From positions 768,845 through 832,844 of the forward strand of contig CP129475.1 of NCBI GenBank assembly GCA_030583785.1: DNA of 64,000 nucleotides, written 5' to 3'. Below, one piece after another: positions 48,541-58,566 of this stretch (the stretch's first letter is position 1; every line of letters starts with the position of its first letter). The notes beneath the pieces were generated by a model, which saw nothing but the letters and a program-made list of their open reading frames with translations, ran no database searches and was not told where the DNA came from. Origin of the DNA: Candidatus Dojkabacteria bacterium. GTDB lineage: Bacteria; Patescibacteriota; Dojkabacteria; B142; OLB20. Made by a program: the position numbers and the translations under genes.

Positions 48541-49629
48541 TTAGAGAAACTTTTCCAGCTCTGTGTTTTCAAATTCCTTAAGCATGGCCTTTATAGTCGG
48601 GATCTGATTTTTATGGCAGACAAGAACAGCATCTGGTGTATTGACTACGATATAACCATCTAGACCGATTGTTGTTACGATTTGCTTTTTTACGAAATTG
48701 TATACTAGCGAATCTTTGGTCTGGAAGTTGTAAACAAGCCCTTTTGTTACATTGTCGTCTTCGTTCTCCTGCAGAAATTGTTTTAAGGCATATAGAGTAC
48801 CGGGGTCAGCCCAATTATACTCTCCGCCAAGAACTAGGCTAAGGTCGTCGTCCATCTTTTCTAGGATAGCATCATCAAAAGAAATTGATTCCATTGATGG
48901 GTATATTTTTGCTAGAACTTCACTCTCTTGATCTGTGTCGAGAGCTTTTTGTATCGTCATTAACTGCTGATACATTTCTGGCTGATGTGTTTTGTACTGA
49001 TCAATAATAAAGTTGGGAGTGGTTACAAAATACCCAGGATTCCAAAGGTGGGTGTCTTTTTCAAACCACTGTTTGGCATCTTCTAATTTTGGTCGGTAAA
49101 CAAATCCTGCCTTTTCGTAAATGATAAGTCCGTTATCTTTGTTTATAATCTTGCCCTTTTTAATCCAGCCAAGGTTTTCGTTAGGGTAGGCAGGTTTCTC
49201 TCCAAGAAACAATAGTTTGTTTGGATCCTTTTTGATAAAGGATTCAGCGACAGAAAGAGCCTTTTTAAAATTCGATTTGTTGCCAATGTAGCCGTCGCTC
49301 CACAGAATTGTTGTGGGTTCTGATCCTGCGCCGTGTTTTGCCAGGGTAATCATCGCCAGTCCTACAGCCGGAGCCAGATCTCTTCTAACCGGTTCGGTAA
49401 TAATATGATTGAGGGGAAGCGATGGAAAGTTATTTTTAACAAGTGCGGCTAGAAGTTCGGTTGTCGGTACATATATTTGATTCCAACCGTACCATTCAGA
49501 AAGGTCATCTAGCAGTCGAGCTATTGTGGATTTATTGTTTATTAAGGGTATAAATTGTTTGGGGTACTTGTTTCTGCTGATTGGCCAGAATCTCGTCCCT
49601 GAACCTCCAGCGAATAGAATAATTTTCAT
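48541..49629 (-). CDS. manC: Mannose-1-phosphate guanylyltransferase (nucleotidyltransferase domain only)
   Basis: MKIILFAGGSGTRFWPISRNKYPKQF is the ManC/CpsB N-terminal signature. No cupin PMI domain follows. Confidence 0.7.
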   Translation of the reverse strand: MKIILFAGGSGTRFWPISRNKYPKQFIPLINNKSTIARLLDDLSEWYGWNQIYVPTTELLAALVKNNFPSLPLNHIITEPVRRDLAPAVGLAMITLAKHGAGSEPTTILWSDGYIGNKSNFKKALSVAESFIKKDPNKLLFLGEKPAYPNENLGWIKKGKIINKDNGLIIYEKAGFVYRPKLEDAKQWFEKDTHLWNPGYFVTTPNFIIDQYKTHQPEMYQQLMTIQKALDTDQESEVLAKIYPSMESISFDDAILEKMDDDLSLVLGGEYNWADPGTLYALKQFLQENEDDNVTKGLVYNFQTKDSLVYNFVKKQIVTTIGLDGYIVVNTPDAVLVCHKNQIPTIKAMLKEFENTELEKFL

Positions 49630-49697
49630 TAATTTATAATGATTAAGTATGAGATTCTAGCACATTGGCACCGATTCAGTCGAAATTGACAAGCCAA

Positions 49698-50678
49698 TTA
49701 TAGCTTGGAAATGATTTCTGCAATCTTTGCTGGATCATGCCTGATAAAGCTTCTTGGAACAACATCACTTGATACTCTTTTGAATTCGTGACCTTCTAGC
49801 CATAATTTGTCACGAATGACATTGTAGGCATCTGTGTCAGCCAGATCGTCTAATACCATTTCCCACTTTTCATCTTGATACTTTTGGTTAATATCTTGAG
49901 GAAGTGGAGAATTATTTACAATAACATGATCGATTTCTGTTCCTAAATACTTCTGAACTTCATTGACAAAATTAGAGGCTCGCCAGCCGTGAGTTTGGTT
50001 AAATTTTGTCATCAAATTACATACATAAATGATTTCTGCATTTGATTCTTTTATTGCATCTGTAATCCCCTCTACCAGTAAATTCGCCACGATATTGGAA
50101 TAGATATCGCCAGGTCCAAGCACGATTTTGTCTGCACTTCGAAGTGCAGCAAGGGCTTTGTCGTATGCCTTGGGTGTAGGCTTTAGATAAGCTCTAGTAA
50201 CTTTATGTCCGTTCATTAATGGTAGGTTATCAATTTCGTGCTGGCTTTCTAGTATCGTTCCGTCATCGTATTCGCAACCTAGGGTAATGCTTTCTGTGGT
50301 AGATGGGTAAACTTCGCCTCGTACACGCAGTATTTGATGTGCAATACGCAATGCTTCTGGAATATCTCCTTTCGTAGCTTCGAATAAGCCAAGTAATATA
50401 ATGTTTCCCACACTATGACCTTTTAAATCTTTACCTTTTTCGAAACGGTGCATGAAGACTTTTGCCAGAGCTTCGTTTTCTGCAAGACCAACTAAGGCAT
50501 CTCTAAAGTCGCCTCCAAAAGAAGGCATTCCATACTCTTCACGCATTCTGCCAGTGCTGCCTCCATCGTCGGCCATAGCCAAAACAGTAGCTACATCAAT
50601 ATCTGAATAATCTCTAAGTCCGGTAAGTATCATTAATGATCCTGTACCTCCACCAAGGGTGACAATTTTTTGTTTCAT
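49698..50678 (-). CDS. YvcK/CofD family (UPF0052) protein. The track ORF extends to 50756; the likely start is MKQKIV at 50678.
   Basis: KIVTLGGGTGSLMILTGL…VLAMADDGGSTGRMR…GGDFRDALVGL matches the family consensus. Confidence 0.75.
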   Translation of the reverse strand: MKQKIVTLGGGTGSLMILTGLRDYSDIDVATVLAMADDGGSTGRMREEYGMPSFGGDFRDALVGLAENEALAKVFMHRFEKGKDLKGHSVGNIILLGLFEATKGDIPEALRIAHQILRVRGEVYPSTTESITLGCEYDDGTILESQHEIDNLPLMNGHKVTRAYLKPTPKAYDKALAALRSADKIVLGPGDIYSNIVANLLVEGITDAIKESNAEIIYVCNLMTKFNQTHGWRASNFVNEVQKYLGTEIDHVIVNNSPLPQDINQKYQDEKWEMVLDDLADTDAYNVIRDKLWLEGHEFKRVSSDVVPRSFIRHDPAKIAEIISKL

Positions 50679-50712
50679 AATTTTATATATACCTGTTCGA
50701 GATTGTACATCT

Positions 50713-51612
50713 TTACGAAATGAAACTGAACCCCCTGCTGCAATATGTAGATCCATCTGCGAATACGATCATTCCTTCTATCTCTTCGGTCGTATCCAGA
50801 AGATCTGGGCCTTGTTTTCCGGAGGCAAATAAGATTGTCGCCCAAACATCGGCTGTTTGCGCATCGTTTGCCAAAGTAAATGTCTGGCTAACCTCGTTGA
50901 TAGGCATGCCTGTTTTTGGATTTAAAAGGTGATGAAAGAAACGAACTCTTCTTCCCCAGCCACCAGATGCAGCTAAACTTTGGTTGATAATATTTATGTG
51001 GCCAAAGTAGCCACCGCCAACACCTTTGTTTGGAAGCTCGTGCTGAGCCAAGCCGACAGTCCAAGGGCCATCGGGTTTGCTACCATGAGCTCTAATATCT
51101 CCGCCTGCATTGATAATAAAATTATTGACAGGTTCTAATACAGATGCTGCCAGATCGATAGCCAATCCTTTACCGATGCTGCCCAGGTCGATCCGTTGTC
51201 CTGCTTGCAACTTGATTGCCGAGTTGGTTTTGTCAAATTTTATGTCTCGAAACGAGGGACGAGTTTTCAGATAGGTTTGAATATTCTTCAATAGGTTCTC
51301 GTCTTTGAGCTCTTCATAGTTCGAATCTTTTTTAAAACCATACATCTCAAGTAAATCAATAATTGTAGGATCAAAGGCGCCTTCGGTCAGGGTTGAGTAT
51401 TGTATTAGTTTTTCTATCAGCGTAAAAAGTTCAGGATTTACTTTATGAAAATGACCGCTGTTTCTATTAAGTGATGAAAGCTCGCTAGTTTGATTAAACC
51501 TTGTGTATTTTTCGGTTACATAATCAAACTTAGAGAAGGCCTCTTTGATTAAGTCGCGTGAAGACACCGTTCCCAGGTCAGAGAAAATACGGATTCTAAC
51601 TTTTGTGTTCAT
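50713..51612 (-). CDS. apbE: FAD:protein FMN transferase ApbE family. The track ORF extends to 51651; the likely start is MNTKV at 51612.
   Basis: SELSSLN, GAFDPTI and IDLGSIGKGLAID, which are ApbE family motifs. Confidence 0.75.
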   Translation of the reverse strand: MNTKVRIRIFSDLGTVSSRDLIKEAFSKFDYVTEKYTRFNQTSELSSLNRNSGHFHKVNPELFTLIEKLIQYSTLTEGAFDPTIIDLLEMYGFKKDSNYEELKDENLLKNIQTYLKTRPSFRDIKFDKTNSAIKLQAGQRIDLGSIGKGLAIDLAASVLEPVNNFIINAGGDIRAHGSKPDGPWTVGLAQHELPNKGVGGGYFGHINIINQSLAASGGWGRRVRFFHHLLNPKTGMPINEVSQTFTLANDAQTADVWATILFASGKQGPDLLDTTEEIEGMIVFADGSTYCSRGFSFIS

Positions 51613-51625
51613 ATATATTCTCTCT

Positions 51626-52348
51626 TCAGAGAACTCTCTTGTTTCTGGCATCGGAGATTTTGCGAAGAGTTAATGCCCCAAGGCTTATTAGGAGTAGCCC
51701 TAAAACGAGTCCGGCTGGACCGCCAATATCGCCCGTGATGCTGTTGTTGGGAAGCCTTGTTGGGAATGCTGTGCCACTTGTAATTATTGTTGGTGTAACT
51801 GTTACTGAACTATCTGAAACAGTAATACTTAAACTATTTGTATATTGAAGAATATCTGTAGAGTTAAGCGTTTGGAGCGAACTATTATTCTTGTTAACTT
51901 CTACCTGACCTAGCCCAAGCTGCTTTCCTTTAAAGGTTATTCTTGCAACGCTTCTGTTGCTAAAACTTGCCCCTCCTTGTGGACTGGAAGCCTTAAGGTT
52001 GATTACTCCATTTGCTTGGTTTACAGAGTTTTCATCGACTTCAAAAAAATTATCTAGGTATGCAATTTGTGTATTTGAAACAGCTGGTTGTGCGTCGACG
52101 ACTTCAAGCAGATTGGGATTATAAACAATTTGCACATTGTAACTACTTATTTCTTGAGATTTCGAGTCAATAACAATATCTACGGTCATATTCTGCCCAA
52201 TACCAATTCCGAACTGATCTGTTGTCATGGTAATGCTTGGACCTGTAACTGTTGTTGGCGTAACTGCTCCTCCGGGAGGATCGAAAGGAATAGTTGGACT
52301 AGCGATTTCGTCCAAAGTTTGAGCTTGTGCCGATTGTATAATATTCAT
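51626..52348 (-). CDS. Hypothetical Thr/Ser-rich protein with a C-terminal TM anchor and basic tail (sorting-signal-like), but no N-terminal signal peptide
   Basis: The C-terminus …ITGDIGGPAGLVLGLLLISLGALTLRKISDARNKRVL. An in-frame small ORF (52352..52552) lies upstream, separated by a single TAA codon. Confidence 0.4.
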   Translation of the reverse strand: MNIIQSAQAQTLDEIASPTIPFDPPGGAVTPTTVTGPSITMTTDQFGIGIGQNMTVDIVIDSKSQEISSYNVQIVYNPNLLEVVDAQPAVSNTQIAYLDNFFEVDENSVNQANGVINLKASSPQGGASFSNRSVARITFKGKQLGLGQVEVNKNNSSLQTLNSTDILQYTNSLSITVSDSSVTVTPTIITSGTAFPTRLPNNSITGDIGGPAGLVLGLLLISLGALTLRKISDARNKRVL

Positions 52349-52603
52349 TCCTTAAGTTTTGCACGAAGCCTTGTCTTTGTAAAGAATATCACTGCTTGTA
52401 TGCTCTGAAGATTTTACAGATTGTGTCTGCTTGCAAAGCAAATCGACCTGCTGTTTGAGAAGCAGGATGTCACACCTGATTCTGCTTTCAATTTCTCCTA
52501 GCCTTTTATAAATAGCTGTATTATCTGTATTGTTACTGCTGAGTTTAAACATTTGTGATAGTATCCTTAAGAAGATTACCTTGAAATTCTTAATAAATTA
52601 TCA

Positions 52604-53314
52604 ATGGCAAACATTTTTGTAATAAAGCTCGGCGGATCAATGCTATCTAAGGGAGAAAACAATATTTTTGATTTTGAATATCTGCGAGATCTTCGAAGTA
52701 CACTCGATCCTTTCATTCAAAGAGGCGATAAGTTTTTCATTGTTTTGGGTGGAGGTTACACAATGCGCAAGTATCGGGATCTTGCGATGGCTGCAGGTCT
52801 GCAAGAGAAGGAGCAACTTCATTGGATCGGAACAACTGTCAATGTGCTTCATGCAGAAATTGTAAGAGCTTATTATCATGATATCAGCGATGAAGGTGTG
52901 TTTAAGTACGAAGATTATTATCAGGATGCTAATCTGACAATCACAAAATCAATTAAAGTTGGGGGAGGTGGAAGGCCAGGTCATAGTGGTGATGTTGATG
53001 CAGTTCTTGCTGCCAACAAGGTTTCATCTAAGACAATCATTAGCTTGAAGAATGTTGATGGCGTCTACGACAAAGACCCGTCCAAAAATCCCGATGCAGT
53101 GCGTCAAGAAAAACTATCCTGGGATGAATACCTAGACATTATTGGTAATAAAGACGAACATGAACCCGGAGGAAACTATCCGATTGATCCTATAGCTTCC
53201 CGTATGTCCAAAGACAGCGACATTAGTTTTAATGTGCTTCATGGAAATGATTTGCAGAGTTTGTCTTCGGCTTTGAAGGGAGAAGAATTTACAGGTACAA
53301 TAGTAGGTAATTAA
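52604..53314 (+). CDS. pyrH: Archaeal-type UMP kinase (amino-acid-kinase fold)
   Basis: IKLGGS…, VLGGGYTMRKYRDLA, GGGRPGHSGDVDAVLAA, NVDGVYDKDPSKNPDA, and a YPIDPIAS block colinear with archaeal PyrH. Isopentenyl-phosphate kinase is the alternative call. Confidence 0.55.
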   Translation: MANIFVIKLGGSMLSKGENNIFDFEYLRDLRSTLDPFIQRGDKFFIVLGGGYTMRKYRDLAMAAGLQEKEQLHWIGTTVNVLHAEIVRAYYHDISDEGVFKYEDYYQDANLTITKSIKVGGGGRPGHSGDVDAVLAANKVSSKTIISLKNVDGVYDKDPSKNPDAVRQEKLSWDEYLDIIGNKDEHEPGGNYPIDPIASRMSKDSDISFNVLHGNDLQSLSSALKGEEFTGTIVGN

Positions 53315-53324
53315 AATAATAATT

Positions 53325-53735
53325 ATGAAGAATATTTTTAGGTTGGTTTTATATACTTTGTTATTCTTTACTTTTGTAGGTCTAATGCCAGGTATCGATG
53401 CCAAGAATGGACCTGTCGCGGTTATCTTGGCAGGCTTGGGGTTTTCTCTGATAATGGTATTCATCGGTGCAATTTTGGGTTTCTTCAAGTTTCCAAAAAA
53501 CTTTTGGGGAAAGTTTCTAATTGGTTCACTTATGTCGTTGTTGTATTTTGCTTTCCTTCATTTTGTACTTGTTGGATTTATTCAGTTTGGACCGGGCTAT
53601 ATCGGGGGTAGCGACTTTATCATCTTTACCTTACCTAAGCTTGTCGTTCTTGCCGATCCTATCGCGGTGTTAATTTTTAGTGCTATAACCCTTGTACTCT
53701 GTAGTATAATACTCGGGAACCTGTCCGAAGAATAA
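53325..53735 (+). CDS. DUF360 (YvlD / phage-holin-4-like) membrane protein
   Basis: 4 TM helices, with …LMPGIDAKNG… matching the LPGI…G loop of DUF360. Confidence 0.5.
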   Translation: MKNIFRLVLYTLLFFTFVGLMPGIDAKNGPVAVILAGLGFSLIMVFIGAILGFFKFPKNFWGKFLIGSLMSLLYFAFLHFVLVGFIQFGPGYIGGSDFIIFTLPKLVVLADPIAVLIFSAITLVLCSIILGNLSEE

Positions 53736-53752
53736 TTTATTTTTATAGAACA

Positions 53753-53995
53753 ATGGAATTATTAACTGTATTAAGTGTAGTTGAAATAATTATTAGCATA
53801 TTGCTAATAATCGCTATTGTTATGCAACAAAGAGGTTCCGGTCTGGGTACAATGTTTGGCGGATCCGGTGGCGAAAGTTACAGGTCAAAAAGAGGTGCAG
53901 AAGCAGTACTATTTAACGCTACAGTTTTTCTAATCTCACTATTTATAGTTGTCGGCTTGGCAATAGCAATCGTATCGGCCCAGTCCGGCGCATAA
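53753..53995 (+). CDS. secG: Preprotein translocase subunit SecG
   Basis: Two TM helices flanking the Gly-rich QQRGSGLGTMFGGSGG loop. Confidence 0.7.
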   Translation: MELLTVLSVVEIIISILLIIAIVMQQRGSGLGTMFGGSGGESYRSKRGAEAVLFNATVFLISLFIVVGLAIAIVSAQSGA

Positions 53996-54000
53996 GCTGA

Positions 54001-55824
54001 ATGTTTTTATTAAGACACATAGAACAGCTACTGTATTCAATTCGTGATTTTCTTTGGTCGTATCCAGAGAGGTTATTTATTGACAAACATTCGCTCTACA
54101 ATCAATTTCGTTCCACTTATCATGCACTGCGACCCTTAAGTCATTACCTGATGGTTGCTTTTATTACTTTTCTTGTAGTTACAATCACAGGAAGCAATGT
54201 TTCTGCCATGTTAAGGATCAACTCGGACACATTAATAGAAGGAGTTATTGTTGGTTTGGATGAGCAAGGAGATGTGCAAGAAATCAGTCGAATTAACCCT
54301 TTAATCAACTCAAATATTCAACTTGAACGAGATATTATTGAACTCATTTACGAAAGTCTTATCAGTGTTAACCAAAGTGGTGAAAGCACTGCTGCTCTTG
54401 CAGATTACGGTGAACTTGATAAAGGCAGGCTATACAGATTCAAATTAAGAGAGGGCATGCTCTGGTCAGATGGTCAACCAATTACTACTGCCGATGTAGA
54501 AGCTACTTTTAATCTATTGCAGCAGTTAGAAGGAGACCCAACAACGAGTACCTTGTATTCAAGGGCTGCAACTAAAATGGAGATCATTATTCTAGATGAC
54601 CTTACTTTCGAATTCAAATTGAACTCGGTAATTCCGGGTTTCTTTGAGGCTATAAGCTATAAAATTCTGCCTGCACACCTACTTTCCGATGTTAACACTG
54701 ACAACATTGTTACTTCAGATCCTCTAATTAATAGAAATCCGGTCGGAAGTGGCAGGTACAAAATCAATAGTGTTTCCGACGATACGATCACACTTTCGCA
54801 GAATCCAAATTACCATGGAGAGCACGGAAGTATTAAAAAAATTGTATTTAGAATGTATCCCGATGAATCCTCTGCCGTTGAAGCGCTTCGCGGTGGGCAG
54901 ATTCATACTTTGTCTGGAATCTCTACAGATTCGGTTCGCAATCTTCAGTCACAACAAAACATAGAGTTAATCGGAAGCAATATTATTTATAGTCAGTATT
55001 GGGCGTTGTTTTTCAACCTAAATGAAGAAGGACCTGCTGCTTTTGACGATGTAGCTGTGCGAAGGGCAATTTCTTCTGCCGTCAATCGTGATTTTGTCAT
55101 AGATAATCTTTTGGGCTATGCAACCGAAGCAATCGGGCCAATTCCAGAAAGCTCTTGGGCATATACTGCAGTTCCCACTTATCGTTTTGATAAAAGTAAA
55201 GCGTCAGAAATTCTTGAAGATGCTGGTTGGAGAAGGCCGGCTGGTTCAGAGATAAGAGAGAAAGACGGAAAGAAACTGGAATTTACGCTACTCTTAATAG
55301 AGAATTCCGACAGAGTAAAGATTGCTCAATCCATTCAAAAAGATTTGCTTGATGTTGGCATCAGAGTCAATGTCGTTTCTAAAGAAAAAAACAGACTTGT
55401 TTCAGAAAATCTGGTTCCCAGAGTTTTCGATATGATTTTATATGGAGTTCAAACATTCATCGATCCAGATAGATACGAGCTGTTTCATAGTTCGCAAATC
55501 GATCACCCAGGTTTGAATATTTCTTCCTATGCATCAAAAAATACTGTGTTAACGGTACAAGGTGGAGAACAAATCAGAATCCCTGAGGTCGATGACTTGC
55601 TAGATGACGCTCGAAGACTTGTCGACGAGAGTGATCGTAAGAAAAAATACGAGTTGTTTCAGCGAACTATCGGGTCAGAAGTGCCTGCAGTCTTCCTCTT
55701 TCACCCTGCCGAGGTGTATGCTGTTAACAAAAGGGTGCGAGGTGTATCTTTAGAGAGATTAAACTCCCTTGAGAACAGATTCGATAGTATTCGCGACTGG
55801 TTTATTTCGACAGAATCGTCTTGA
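54001..55824 (+). CDS. ABC transporter substrate-binding protein, family 5 (peptide/nickel type), membrane-anchored
   Basis: N-terminal TM LMVAFITFLVVTITG. The size and …ESSAVEALRGGQIH… fit SBP_bac_5. Confidence 0.55.
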   Translation: MFLLRHIEQLLYSIRDFLWSYPERLFIDKHSLYNQFRSTYHALRPLSHYLMVAFITFLVVTITGSNVSAMLRINSDTLIEGVIVGLDEQGDVQEISRINPLINSNIQLERDIIELIYESLISVNQSGESTAALADYGELDKGRLYRFKLREGMLWSDGQPITTADVEATFNLLQQLEGDPTTSTLYSRAATKMEIIILDDLTFEFKLNSVIPGFFEAISYKILPAHLLSDVNTDNIVTSDPLINRNPVGSGRYKINSVSDDTITLSQNPNYHGEHGSIKKIVFRMYPDESSAVEALRGGQIHTLSGISTDSVRNLQSQQNIELIGSNIIYSQYWALFFNLNEEGPAAFDDVAVRRAISSAVNRDFVIDNLLGYATEAIGPIPESSWAYTAVPTYRFDKSKASEILEDAGWRRPAGSEIREKDGKKLEFTLLLIENSDRVKIAQSIQKDLLDVGIRVNVVSKEKNRLVSENLVPRVFDMILYGVQTFIDPDRYELFHSSQIDHPGLNISSYASKNTVLTVQGGEQIRIPEVDDLLDDARRLVDESDRKKKYELFQRTIGSEVPAVFLFHPAEVYAVNKRVRGVSLERLNSLENRFDSIRDWFISTESS

Positions 55825-55870
55825 TTTGTTAATCTATATATCTAAGTATTTTAATTCTTAATTTGTAAAA

Positions 55871-56455
55871 ATGCCGATACTCATATTATTTTGCTTTGCA
55901 GCGCCAATCACTCTAGTTGTCGGCGCACTTGTCTTTGCTGTTGGTCTCTATAACGGCTTAGTAAGAGCCAAAGTTATTGTAGACGAGGCTTGGAGTGGTA
56001 TTGATGTTCAGCTTAAGCGAAGGTACGATCTTATCCCAAATATTGTTGAAACAATTAAAGGGTATGCCAAACACGAAAAGGAGACTTTCGAGAAAGTAAC
56101 CATGCTCAGAAGTCAGGCAATGCAGACATCTGATGTTGCAGAAAAGGGCAAACTAGAAAACCAACTTACACAAACATTAAAGTCCTTATTTGCAGTTGCA
56201 GAAAACTATCCAGAGCTTAAAGCTAACGAAAACTTTCTTAATCTGCAGGGTACTCTTAACGAGATTGAGAACGAAATTCAAGGGGCAAGAAGATATTACA
56301 ACGGTGCAGTTAGAGACTATAATACAAAAATAATGGTATTTCCAAACAATCTTATTGCCGGATTGTTAGGCTTTAAGTCTCGTGAATTCTTCGAAGCTGA
56401 TGAAGCCGAAAAAGAGAATGTAAAAGTTAGCTTCAGCGAAGAAGAAAAAGCTTAA
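55871..56455 (+). CDS. lemA: LemA family protein
   Basis: N-terminal TM and GLYNGLVRAKVIVDEAWSGIDVQLKRRYDLIPNIVETIKGYAKHE, the LemA consensus. Confidence 0.8.
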   Translation: MPILILFCFAAPITLVVGALVFAVGLYNGLVRAKVIVDEAWSGIDVQLKRRYDLIPNIVETIKGYAKHEKETFEKVTMLRSQAMQTSDVAEKGKLENQLTQTLKSLFAVAENYPELKANENFLNLQGTLNEIENEIQGARRYYNGAVRDYNTKIMVFPNNLIAGLLGFKSREFFEADEAEKENVKVSFSEEEKA

Positions 56456-56471
56456 CGCATTTTGTAATTTC

Positions 56472-58496
56472 ATGTTAGCCAATAAGGTAAAGCAGCTAAT
56501 AATTATCTTGGGTCTGGTTGCGACAATATTCTTTCTGCCGCAATCAGTCCAGGCCCAAGATCGTTCCTATGTATACGATTCAATCGATGTCCAATTAGAT
56601 GTCAATAAAGACTCTTCTGTAGTAGTTACAGAAAAAATTACTCAACGCTTCGATGGAGTATTTAGAGGCGTATTTAGAGAAATAACTCTTTCGGATTCTG
56701 TTGCTCTAGGCAAATGCAGAGTTAATCCTTCGCTTCAATGCGGTGGGTTCTCATTCATGGAACTACTTGGAGTATATGACAATAACAATCAGTTAATCTC
56801 TCCAAATAAGTACACTACCGAAACAATAACGAAATCCGGCGAACAGAGATTGAAGATCACTTGGGTATTTTCCGATTCAGGTAAAGATTTTGACAACGAA
56901 CTTTTCTCTTACACAATTAAATATAAGGTCTATGGAAGTCTCGGTTATTTCACTGATTATGACATGCTTTATTGGGATGCAATATTCCCTGATAGAGAGG
57001 TGATTGTTGAGAATGCAAGCGTTAGAATCACTTTTCCAGAGGACATAAGCTATAGCCAAGATAATCTGAGAATTCCAGACAGAGGATACAACTATACTGC
57101 CAGTTATAACGACTCAAATAATCAGTTAATTATTGAAACCCAAAGAATCTCGCCGTTTGAAGATTTTACAGTTATGCTAAGGTTTCCAAAGGGGATTATT
57201 GATGAATATGCCACCCTTCAGTTAGATATTAATCCTAAGCCTGATTTCATAACAATAAACGGAACAACTCTAAATGAACCATCTTCAGAGGTCAGTGGCA
57301 TAATTCCAGGACAAACAAATGTTCTTATAGGAGCTTCTGGCTATCAAGACTTCGAAACAAGTTTTCCTCTGCAGGCAAGTGAAACTAAATTGATAACTGC
57401 TAGCTTGCAACCTTCGCTTGCCACGATATTATTCTTCGCAAGTCTTGTAATTTGTAATCTACTGGGTTTGATTTTACTTCCTTTGATTTTGCTTCTTATT
57501 TACAGAGAGTATCGAACTAAAGGAAGAGATGTGGGCAGAAGTCCTGTAGTTGTTCCAGAATATTCTCCACCAGATAAGATACGACCCTATCTTCTTGGCT
57601 CGCTCAAAGATGAATCTGTCGATACGGTAGATATATCATCAACAATAATTGATGTTGCCTATAGAGGTTACATAAAAATTCGCGAATTTGATTCTGTATC
57701 TATACTTGGCATCAAGATTACAGCCAGAGAATATGAATTTCTTAAGTTAAAAGATTTTACAGACCTTACTCCGGTAGAACAAAAAATACTGACGGCAATA
57801 TTTGACGGAAAAGACAGGGTTACCACCAGCGATCTAAAAAACAGATTCTATTCAAAGATACCTGGAATAAATGATGCTATTTACGCAGAAATGGTCAATC
57901 GAACCTATTTCCCTAAAAGACCAGATAAAGTTAGGAGCAAATACAGAACTATCGGAATCACTATGGCAGTATTTGGATCAATTCTCGCCTCTGTCTTGGT
58001 CTTTTTGCCTTTTGCGGTCACAACAGCCTTTACTCTTGTTATTACGGGTATAGTTCTTATAGTTGTTTCCGGTAGCATGCCCGCAAAAACTAAACTCGGA
58101 TCCAAAATCTTCGACAAAGTTTTGGGCTTTAAGATGTACATGGAAACAGCAGAAAGATTTAGAGTACAGGATTTGACTCCCGAGACTTTTGAAAAGTATC
58201 TGCCATATGCAATGGTGTTTGGTATAGAAAATCAGTGGGCAGAAAGATTTAAGGACATATATACCGAAGCTCCGGAATGGTTTGAGGCCAGTTCTCAAGA
58301 AAGAATGCTCAATACAATTTATCTGGTTAATTCCCTTTCCAACTTTAGCAGAGTAACAAATACTTCTCTGACTTCGACCCCGGCAAGCTCATCTTCCGGA
58401 AGTGGTTGGAGTGGTGGGGGTTGGAGTGGAGGTGGCGGTTTTTCTGGAGGGTTCTCCGGCGGTGGAGGTGGCGGTGGCGGCGGCGGAGCATTTTAG
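56472..58496 (+). CDS. DUF2207 membrane protein (LemA partner) with a Gly-rich C-terminal tail
   Basis: Signal peptide, extracellular domain, TM helices, and a C-terminal SGWSGGGWSGGGGFSGGFSGGGGGGGGGG. Confidence 0.7.
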   Translation: MLANKVKQLIIILGLVATIFFLPQSVQAQDRSYVYDSIDVQLDVNKDSSVVVTEKITQRFDGVFRGVFREITLSDSVALGKCRVNPSLQCGGFSFMELLGVYDNNNQLISPNKYTTETITKSGEQRLKITWVFSDSGKDFDNELFSYTIKYKVYGSLGYFTDYDMLYWDAIFPDREVIVENASVRITFPEDISYSQDNLRIPDRGYNYTASYNDSNNQLIIETQRISPFEDFTVMLRFPKGIIDEYATLQLDINPKPDFITINGTTLNEPSSEVSGIIPGQTNVLIGASGYQDFETSFPLQASETKLITASLQPSLATILFFASLVICNLLGLILLPLILLLIYREYRTKGRDVGRSPVVVPEYSPPDKIRPYLLGSLKDESVDTVDISSTIIDVAYRGYIKIREFDSVSILGIKITAREYEFLKLKDFTDLTPVEQKILTAIFDGKDRVTTSDLKNRFYSKIPGINDAIYAEMVNRTYFPKRPDKVRSKYRTIGITMAVFGSILASVLVFLPFAVTTAFTLVITGIVLIVVSGSMPAKTKLGSKIFDKVLGFKMYMETAERFRVQDLTPETFEKYLPYAMVFGIENQWAERFKDIYTEAPEWFEASSQERMLNTIYLVNSLSNFSRVTNTSLTSTPASSSSGSGWSGGGWSGGGGFSGGFSGGGGGGGGGGAF

Positions 58497-58566
58497 CTTG
58501 CATGTCGATAAAAATCTGCTGTATGATACGATTGCCCCGTGATATTAATTAATATGGATTAATGGT

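Noticed and set aside
58380-58496. Gly-rich repeat at the 3' end of the DUF2207 gene as a possible tandem-repeat or variable locus
   Set aside because: This is coding low-complexity sequence typical of the DUF2207 C-terminus, not a non-coding tandem repeat.
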